Virus record (IMG/VR): IMGVR_UViG_3300021387_001614
Span: 32,001-96,000 of that record
Source of the DNA: a virus
Taxonomy: Duplodnaviria; Caudoviricetes
Reading direction: 5' to 3' (one strand)
Length of the DNA: 64,000 nucleotides
A program made the position numbers and the translations under genes. Under the pieces are notes generated by a model. It was given only the letters and a program-made list of their open reading frames with translations. It searched no databases and had not been told where the DNA came from. How positions within the stretch are numbered: the first letter of the stretch is position 1; each line of letters begins with the position of its first letter. This document shows positions 56,973 to 64,000 of the stretch, piece after piece.

Positions 56973-59900
56973 TCAGGTTTCTATTGTTTCAAATTCGGGA
57001 CTACGAATATCATCAAAAACAAATCCACCCGTCGAAGGTCTAACATCAGGTAATTTTTTGAAATAGAAATACATATTAGAATCCATTGTGACAATATCAC
57101 TTAACTGTTTCGGAATAATACCCTCATTTTCAAAGTCTTCTATATCTTTATTCGTAAGGCTATTAAGTGCTTCAAGATATTTTTCATCTTCTATTTTAAA
57201 CAGTTCAGTGTCTTCTTTTTTCTTTTCTTCGATATATTTTTCAACAAGTTCGTCCCATTTTATTCCACACTCATCAATGAATGGCGGTCTTTCGTTTATT
57301 TTAAGCCAAAACTCAATTTCCTTATTTTCTGGCGTCATAAGTGCCTCATATGTATCTTGGTCACCGGGTTTATTTGGGAAACCTGATACAAGTTTTGACT
57401 CTTCTTCCGTGAAATATTGTCTGTCAGAAGGCTTAGTGATAATAATTTTATCCCTTATTTCGGGCGAAAAACAAACCAATAACGGTGTTATTCTTTTATT
57501 GAATTGGTCGATGTATTTTTCAACGTTATATTCCATATCATCAACATCGCTACACAACACATCACCTTCACTATTTACAATTTCATTTGGTACGAGTTTG
57601 CAATTCAATATAATCTCATCTTCTTCCCTAACAACGTATTTACTAACCATCTTTTTTAAAGCGGCCGTTTTAACACTTTTTATGTCTATACCTTCTTTTT
57701 CACAATCAGGTAAAATTAACTCTTTTGCCAATTTAGTGTTAAGTTCTGTTTCCACACCGTCTTGAATAACAAACTTATGCGTTATTCTTTTAACATCGGA
57801 ATGTGCTTTCTTGGTTCCCGTATTAATATAGTATATCGTATCGCCCACGTCTGCATTAATACCATCCTTCATAACAAGTTCATACCACGCTTGTCTTGCC
57901 TTTTTGTTTCCTGCCTTTGTTACTGTTTTGCAATCCTCCTTATATTCTGCAATGGTTTTCTTTATTTTACCCTTTGATGCAATTTCCTTTATTGGTATTC
58001 TATAATTGTATATGTTGTCAATATACTCATAATAATTTTCAAGAAATTCGTGTCCTTTACCCCTTAGTAACAAGTCAACACCCATGTCAATAAATCGTTC
58101 GAGATACCCGCTCATTTTTCTTGATTTAATGGTATTCCCTACCTTTTTGGTTGACCCGTCAGGCATAAGGTCGGCATAATTCTTTCTCGAAAATTGAATA
58201 CAAGCATCACAGAACTCGTCTATTCCTAATCCCATCTTATTAATACCACCATCATACGCCTTTGAAAGGAACAGGTCTTCAAATTCCGCAACATCGGCAT
58301 TAACTTTGGTATAGGCTTTACCCTTAACGGTATTTCGCCCTTCACCGGTACTTATATACGGGTGTTCATCTGTATACCTAAAATGCTCATTATCAGGCAT
58401 TTGAAAATTAAATCCGTCAGTATCACCCACGATAGGTGTGTATCCTATCGACGTGAAGTGACTAATCATTAGGCGTAAACTCATTCGCCCTACGCATGTT
58501 GTTTTTTCAGCACCATCTATATCACCAAACGGAAAAATAAGGGGACAACCATAAGAACCGAAAAAACTATTTGCTAAAATTTTAAGTGGTAATTGTTTTT
58601 TATCGTTACCTGTTTTCTCCATTTTCCAATGGTGAATTTCTTTCTCTAATTCAGTTCTTTCTTCGGGTGTTGCGTCCTTAATTTTTTCTTTAATTTTATC
58701 AACCATGTCACCCGCTTCACCCTTAAGTTCTTTATATTTTTCACGTTCAGTAAGAATATATTCGAGAAAATATAACATTACGTTCATGACATCCAACGCA
58801 GTTCTAATGTTCCACGTAAGAATAATTGATGGGTATAGAGAATTAAAGTCAAGTTTAACAATTCTATCAACCCACCCTGTTTTCAAGAGACGTGAAAGAC
58901 CACCCGTAAATCGTTTATTTGTTCCAGTTGCAGGAACTGCCAAATCATTTTCATAACACCACGCAAGCATTATAAGTTTCCATATTCCCGCAGTTCCCAT
59001 TGTACATGCACGCTGAAATGTGGTAGGAAGCATTTTTCCCACCAAGAAATTGGACTCATTTAATTTAAGTTCGACTTGTTCCGCCTCCCAAATATCATCT
59101 AAAAGATAGCGTTCGACAATGTATTTTCCTGATTTAGGCACGTACCCATCTTTAATTTCTTTTCCTTCCTTTATTTCATACCAATCGCCATTACTATTAT
59201 TAAAAGCAAATTTTTCGTCTGTTATATTCCATATCTTACTAATATCATTTCCCGGAACATACACACGATTTTCTTTCTTTAAATCAAGGTATTTGGTGAC
59301 ATATTTAAGGTTTGCCATCTTCATGTTTGAATCCAATGCTTGCGCACGTCTAACAGCATGAAGAGAATCAAGAATTATAAAACCCCACATTATAGTAGGA
59401 TGAAAAAACTCCATTTCGCCACCAAGTTTTAATATTGTTTCACGCTTACGTTTATATATAGGATGCCTAAAATACTTAAGCGACATTTTTTCAAAATCAC
59501 TTCCAAGAACCTCGGCTCTAACCATCAAAAAATTCCAATCAAAGTTCTCTGAGTTATGCCCAAAAATCGTGTCCGGTTTTTCTTCCGCAATAATTGCAAG
59601 TGTTTCATCTATTGCTGCAAGTTCATTTTTGCGTTTTTCTTCTTCTGTGTTTCCTGTGATGGATATAATTTTTTCAAACCCTTGGTTTGTCCTTATACCG
59701 ATTTGTTCTATTGCGTGTATTTTAGGGTTAAGTCCTTGGGTCTCAATATCGAATGACATTCTTTTAAGTTCATCATAATTTTCATACCCTTTAAATAATC
59801 GTTTTCCCGTAGAAATCATGTATTGTTCGACAGGGGAAACCGCAAGAAATTCTTTTGATGATGTGTTGTCATCAGAACCTTTCTTTTTCCTCTCGTATAT

Positions 59901-60287
59901 TGGTGTACCGGCGTCCGTGAAAAACGCAAGAAAACTTGTATATGACATTTTACGTGTGGCATAGAAAATATAAACATACCCATTATTTAACCGTTCACTT
60001 TCTTCTGCTTTTTCACCTTTATTAAGTGTTTTAATCCATATGCCATATTCTCTTAGTTTTCTCTTAAGTGTACCTTTATTTCCTTGATACATTCGTATCG
60101 CAGCGCTGTGTTTAACCCAAACAAAGGGCTTAAAGTCATCCTGTTTAACCCTTTTTTGCCCTTTTTCATTAACATAAACAATACTAACCTGATTTTCGTT
60201 GTAATCACACTCAATCGTGATTATTCTTTCCATTGGGTCGTAACCACTAAGAAATTTGTTTACTACATCTGCCGTTATTTCCTTCAT
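56973..60287 (-). CDS. Family B DNA polymerase
   Basis: Exo FDIET and GHNSENFD; Pol DFNSLYPS, KILANSFFG, GDTDG. Confidence 0.95.
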   Translation of the reverse strand: MKEITADVVNKFLSGYDPMERIITIECDYNENQVSIVYVNEKGQKRVKQDDFKPFVWVKHSAAIRMYQGNKGTLKRKLREYGIWIKTLNKGEKAEESERLNNGYVYIFYATRKMSYTSFLAFFTDAGTPIYERKKKGSDDNTSSKEFLAVSPVEQYMISTGKRLFKGYENYDELKRMSFDIETQGLNPKIHAIEQIGIRTNQGFEKIISITGNTEEEKRKNELAAIDETLAIIAEEKPDTIFGHNSENFDWNFLMVRAEVLGSDFEKMSLKYFRHPIYKRKRETILKLGGEMEFFHPTIMWGFIILDSLHAVRRAQALDSNMKMANLKYVTKYLDLKKENRVYVPGNDISKIWNITDEKFAFNNSNGDWYEIKEGKEIKDGYVPKSGKYIVERYLLDDIWEAEQVELKLNESNFLVGKMLPTTFQRACTMGTAGIWKLIMLAWCYENDLAVPATGTNKRFTGGLSRLLKTGWVDRIVKLDFNSLYPSIILTWNIRTALDVMNVMLYFLEYILTEREKYKELKGEAGDMVDKIKEKIKDATPEERTELEKEIHHWKMEKTGNDKKQLPLKILANSFFGSYGCPLIFPFGDIDGAEKTTCVGRMSLRLMISHFTSIGYTPIVGDTDGFNFQMPDNEHFRYTDEHPYISTGEGRNTVKGKAYTKVNADVAEFEDLFLSKAYDGGINKMGLGIDEFCDACIQFSRKNYADLMPDGSTKKVGNTIKSRKMSGYLERFIDMGVDLLLRGKGHEFLENYYEYIDNIYNYRIPIKEIASKGKIKKTIAEYKEDCKTVTKAGNKKARQAWYELVMKDGINADVGDTIYYINTGTKKAHSDVKRITHKFVIQDGVETELNTKLAKELILPDCEKEGIDIKSVKTAALKKMVSKYVVREEDEIILNCKLVPNEIVNSEGDVLCSDVDDMEYNVEKYIDQFNKRITPLLVCFSPEIRDKIIITKPSDRQYFTEEESKLVSGFPNKPGDQDTYEALMTPENKEIEFWLKINERPPFIDECGIKWDELVEKYIEEKKKEDTELFKIEDEKYLEALNSLTNKDIEDFENEGIIPKQLSDIVTMDSNMYFYFKKLPDVRPSTGGFVFDDIRSPEFETIET

Positions 60288-60383
60288 ATTCTTAATATTT
60301 TTTTAAGACATATTTTAATGCCATTTAACTTTCGTTTGCAAATATACTAAAAAAAATAAAAAAAACAAAATATATTCATAAAA

Positions 60384-60412
60384 AATGAGCGAACCTTTTT
60401 TGATTCGCTCAT
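60384..60412 (-). terminator. Intrinsic terminator after the fibre gene
   Basis: atgagcgaa...ttcgctcat stem with a plus-strand A-run (U tail on the minus strand). Confidence 0.65.
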
Positions 60413-60443
60413 ATTTGGGTATATATTCAAAATATAACTAACT

Positions 60444-63400
60444 TTAACTTTGTGGCGTATATGCGAAACCATTCGTAAGGTTAGTAATAATTTGCTCAAG
60501 TTCAGCAACACGTGATGTAAGTGCCCTTAAATCATCTTTTAATGATGATATATCATTGGCGTTGGTTGTAACATCATCTTTAACGTCATTTAAATCTGCT
60601 GTAATCGCTGAATTTGCAACAGGATTGATAGAATCGGCATCGAGCGCTGTATCAACCATCACAACACCAAAAGTCTGATTACCTGCCACCGGTATGTGTG
60701 CAACACCATCAGCCACCTCAACATTGTGCCATGACGTACCACGCATCACTGCCACGCCGCTTAACTTATTACCGGTGTCTGCCGAAATAGTATTAATTCT
60801 ATCATCAATATCAGTAAGTGCTGCTGCTATAACTTGTTCATTGTTGCTAACAACATCTTCTAAACTCGTCAATCCCGAAGCATCAGCCTTATCATCGAGC
60901 AAGCCATCAACGTCAGTCTTGGTGTAAGTTGTTGCAGTGTCGGCCTTGTTAGCAAGCGCTGTATCAACATCGGTCTTATTATAATAGTTTGACGGGTCGA
61001 ATATGTCCGTCAGTGGTATAGAAATTGTTTGTTTACCTGATTCTTCATTAAATGTGATAACCAAATTATTACCACTAATTTCAACATTATCAACCATGCC
61101 GTCCTTTATAAAGTTGGTAGCATCAATATTAGCTATTGGCTCATCTGCTGTAGATGTTGGGTAGAAATAAATCTTCTTTGCAGTGCTATCATATGCAACT
61201 GCGCCGAATTTACTATTTAACGCTGTTGCAATTTCAGTAGCACCTGATGTTTCATCCTTTGCATAAACATCACTTGCATTTGCTTTTGTAGCAATGGCTG
61301 CCGTATTTGCAGTAACAGCACCACTAATTGTGCTAATATCACTACTTACACTACCCGTGTTGGTTTTTAACGTTTCAACATCACCGCTAATTGTATTGAC
61401 ATTGCCTGATATTTCATTGATTTTCAATGTAATAACTTTATTCTGAACAGGGTTTTCTGATGTTGTAGAAAGAGCGTCATCAACAGTGCCTCCACCTTCA
61501 ATAACTATATTACCCGGTCCTGCAAGGCTTTCACCGTTGATTGTTTTAAGGTTATTAAACCTATCGTTAAGGTCGTTAAGCGATGCGGCCGTAACCCTCT
61601 CATTATCAACAATAGTTCTTGTAACTGCTGAATTCGCAACAGGATTTGGTGAATCCATATCCATTTCATCATCCACCTCTGTTACCACTTCTATAGCGGC
61701 TACTTTATCTGTTACAACAACTTCATCACCGTTAAGCGTTATTGCAGTTATAACATTCTCTTCTGCTTTATTCCACTTAGTTTTATCTTCTGTTGTTACA
61801 TGTATATCCGTATTACCCGTATGTTCTGTGATAGCAGTGTCAATTGCACCAAGGGCAGAAGCTATTTCGGTAGCACCAGATGTTTCCGATTTTGTATAAA
61901 CATTATCAGCGTCTGCTTTCTCCGCAAGTGCGGTATCAACCTCTGTCTTAGTGTAAGTGGTTGCTGTGTCCGCTTTTTCTGCAAGTGCTGCTTCAACGTC
62001 AGCAGTGTTTGCCTTTTCTACAAGTGCTGTTTGTACCTCTGTGAGTGCGGTTTCAATGCCGCTAACAGACGTTTCAAGTGCGCCTACTCTGCCTTCAAGT
62101 TCGTGTACGTCACCCGTCGCTTCCTCAATTCTCTCGTCAGTTTCTGCTTTAGTATAAACATTTCCTAACGCATCCTCAACAGAGTCGCCGTTAGGCATCT
62201 TTATATTGCTTGCACTACCGTTTACATAAAGGTAGTTACGAAGAACATCACCTTCTGTATCAGGTATTAATTCGAGAATATTGTTTTCACTTGTAGAAGC
62301 AATGTGTGTGGTTGCCGATAATCTGTTTTTGTCGGTGCTATCCTTATATTTAATTAACTCAACGCCCGTTGGGAATTCATTTTCAAGAACACCGATTTCA
62401 TCAAATAAATCACTAACAGGAACAGTAATTGTCTGACTTTGGCCCGCTGCATTAGTATATTTTAACTCAAGTGATTTAGTGTTTGGGTCATAATTAATGT
62501 CATTAATTATTGTACCCACACCAAGTGGAATTTCCTTAGAGCCTTCTGTTGTTGTAAATTTTAAGGTGTTGGTGGCTGCACTATATTCAACATCAACCTT
62601 AACATAAAGTCCGTTTGTTGTGTTAATTATGTTACCTGCCTCTGTGCTAATTCTAACATTACCACTAATAACATTTTCATTAGACTTATTAAGTTCTAAC
62701 GTGTTAGTACTTGCAACTGAAACGTCAGCATCACCTATTTTTTCATCAACTTCTGTTTTAGTATAAACGTCTGCTGCATTTGCCTTGCCATCAATTCTGT
62801 CACTTAAGTCTTCATCTGCATGCGTTCTGTTTGCAGTCTCATCGTCTATCAAATGTTCTAACATTGTTTCGGCATTTGTTGCCCTTGTCTGCTCTGCTGT
62901 TACTGCTGACTGTAAGGCAGTCTCGGCACTTGTTGCTCTTGTGATTTCTCCGCTTACAGCATCTTGTAATGTACTAACAGAAGATTTAACATTGGCAATT
63001 TCTGTTTCAGCACTGGTTATTCTTACATCTAATGCAGAGTCGGCTGCTGTTCTTGCTGCCTCTTCGTTTCCTAATTCAGTTTCAATTTCAGCGGTTCTTG
63101 CTAATAATTCGTTAATATCATTCTCATTATCAGTTGTTTTTCCCGATAACTCATTAATATCTACTTCTATTTCATCAAGGAATGGACTTGTTGGTATTTT
63201 TAATTCGTGTACCTCATGTGCGGCTGTTTTGTATGTAATAACAATTTCCTCGTTTGTTTGGTCATAGCCACTATATACAATATTGGTGTCTGCCGACAAT
63301 GGAATTTCCCTTATAACACTTGTTTGTCCCGATTTCGATGTGTCAGAAACTTTAATAACATTAGTGTTAGCGTCATAATCAATTGTCATGTAGATACCGT

Positions 63401-64000
63401 CAGCAGCTGCAAGTATAGTGTTGTTTGTCATTTCCGCGATTTTAACATCTGCTGAAAGCGTGTCAACACCCGCATCTTCGGTCTTGGTTAATGCAACGGT
63501 ATTTGTGTCTTCAACAACAAAACCTTGGTCTTCAACCTTACCGCTTAATTCTGCAATATCGTCAGTATTTTTATCAACTTGCTCAGTTAATGATGATAAA
63601 TCACTCGAAATTGTCTCAACGTTACCGCTAATTTCATTAATTTTATCATTAATTTCACTCTTTTCTGTATCTATTCTATCAAGAGCACCTTTAACGGTTT
63701 CGTCGTCGCTATACTTAATATTTGACGCCTCGCCACGAACAACTAACATGTGGTCGGAAACCTCAAGAATATTGGTTGGAACTGACGTTTTTGACGCAAT
63801 TTTAACGTCGGCTGAAAGAATATCCTTGCCCGGCGTGTTGTGTTGTTTAACAAGTTCTACCGTGTGAGAATCATTATTAACTACCCATTCGTCGATAATA
63901 TCAGCCAACTTAATATCAATACTATGAATATTACCGTTTTGGTCAACGTATCTAATTGTAAGAATTTCTGTTACAGAATCATATGAAATATCATCAATAA
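60444..64000 (-). CDS. Long fibre-like virion protein; partial, true start lies beyond the window
   Basis: Frame stays open from 63908 to 64000. Coiled-coil KAD...YTKTEVD repeats, VDDALS..S.NPV.N motifs and YD...L.I.Y beta modules. Confidence 0.75.
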   Translation of the reverse strand, partial: IDDISYDSVTEILTIRYVDQNGNIHSIDIKLADIIDEWVVNNDSHTVELVKQHNTPGKDILSADVKIASKTSVPTNILEVSDHMLVVRGEASNIKYSDDETVKGALDRIDTEKSEINDKINEISGNVETISSDLSSLTEQVDKNTDDIAELSGKVEDQGFVVEDTNTVALTKTEDAGVDTLSADVKIAEMTNNTILAAADGIYMTIDYDANTNVIKVSDTSKSGQTSVIREIPLSADTNIVYSGYDQTNEEIVITYKTAAHEVHELKIPTSPFLDEIEVDINELSGKTTDNENDINELLARTAEIETELGNEEAARTAADSALDVRITSAETEIANVKSSVSTLQDAVSGEITRATSAETALQSAVTAEQTRATNAETMLEHLIDDETANRTHADEDLSDRIDGKANAADVYTKTEVDEKIGDADVSVASTNTLELNKSNENVISGNVRISTEAGNIINTTNGLYVKVDVEYSAATNTLKFTTTEGSKEIPLGVGTIINDINYDPNTKSLELKYTNAAGQSQTITVPVSDLFDEIGVLENEFPTGVELIKYKDSTDKNRLSATTHIASTSENNILELIPDTEGDVLRNYLYVNGSASNIKMPNGDSVEDALGNVYTKAETDERIEEATGDVHELEGRVGALETSVSGIETALTEVQTALVEKANTADVEAALAEKADTATTYTKTEVDTALAEKADADNVYTKSETSGATEIASALGAIDTAITEHTGNTDIHVTTEDKTKWNKAEENVITAITLNGDEVVVTDKVAAIEVVTEVDDEMDMDSPNPVANSAVTRTIVDNERVTAASLNDLNDRFNNLKTINGESLAGPGNIVIEGGGTVDDALSTTSENPVQNKVITLKINEISGNVNTISGDVETLKTNTGSVSSDISTISGAVTANTAAIATKANASDVYAKDETSGATEIATALNSKFGAVAYDSTAKKIYFYPTSTADEPIANIDATNFIKDGMVDNVEISGNNLVITFNEESGKQTISIPLTDIFDPSNYYNKTDVDTALANKADTATTYTKTDVDGLLDDKADASGLTSLEDVVSNNEQVIAAALTDIDDRINTISADTGNKLSGVAVMRGTSWHNVEVADGVAHIPVAGNQTFGVVMVDTALDADSINPVANSAITADLNDVKDDVTTNANDISSLKDDLRALTSRVAELEQIITNLTNGFAYTPQS

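Noticed and set aside
56973-60287. Intein or intron in the long DNA polymerase
   Set aside because: The ORF is continuous, the catalytic motifs are in normal order, and no intein splice-junction or LAGLIDADG motif was seen.
197-63867. Many short plus-strand ORFs opposite the long genes (e.g. 197..613, 25875..26414, 57088..57765, 62785..63267)
   Set aside because: These are antisense shadows of real minus-strand genes, with no recognisable motifs or expression signals.
1-64000. Stop-codon recoding, tRNA or rRNA genes
   Set aside because: Genes are full-length and densely packed under the standard code, with TAA, TAG and TGA all used as stops. The short intergenic gaps show no cloverleaf or rRNA-like sequence by eye.

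Overview
This 64-kb AT-rich window is part of a large contractile-tailed (T4-distant, myovirus-like) phage genome. Its host is probably a Bacteroidota, because TTTG-N19/20-TAnnTTTG promoters precede the replication genes. It carries baseplate, tape-measure, tube, sheath, neck and fibre genes, interleaved with replication genes (family-B DNA polymerase, SNF2-like helicase, RecA-like recombinase, gp32-like SSB, thymidine kinase). The standout is an accessory layer. Two IS1595-family transposons (16865-19064 and 43085-45586) each carry a passenger gene with the phage's own putative late-promoter motif (coding-strand TATTTAT). Each passenger also has one of two short peptide modules shared with resident phage genes: an N-terminal 'Y(L/V)xLF...HYN' module on three LRR proteins, or an 'RLTESDL..I' module on small proteins. 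Relic IS ends lie beside another LRR gene and another tagged gene. My inference is a phage-adapted transposon system that shuffles virion-addressed cargo. Other points are hypervariable 26-aa LRR arrays, a homing endonuclease destroyed by the second IS, a probable -2 frameshift in the tail chaperone, and a late-expressed double glycosyltransferase. All product calls come from motif recognition; no database searches were run.
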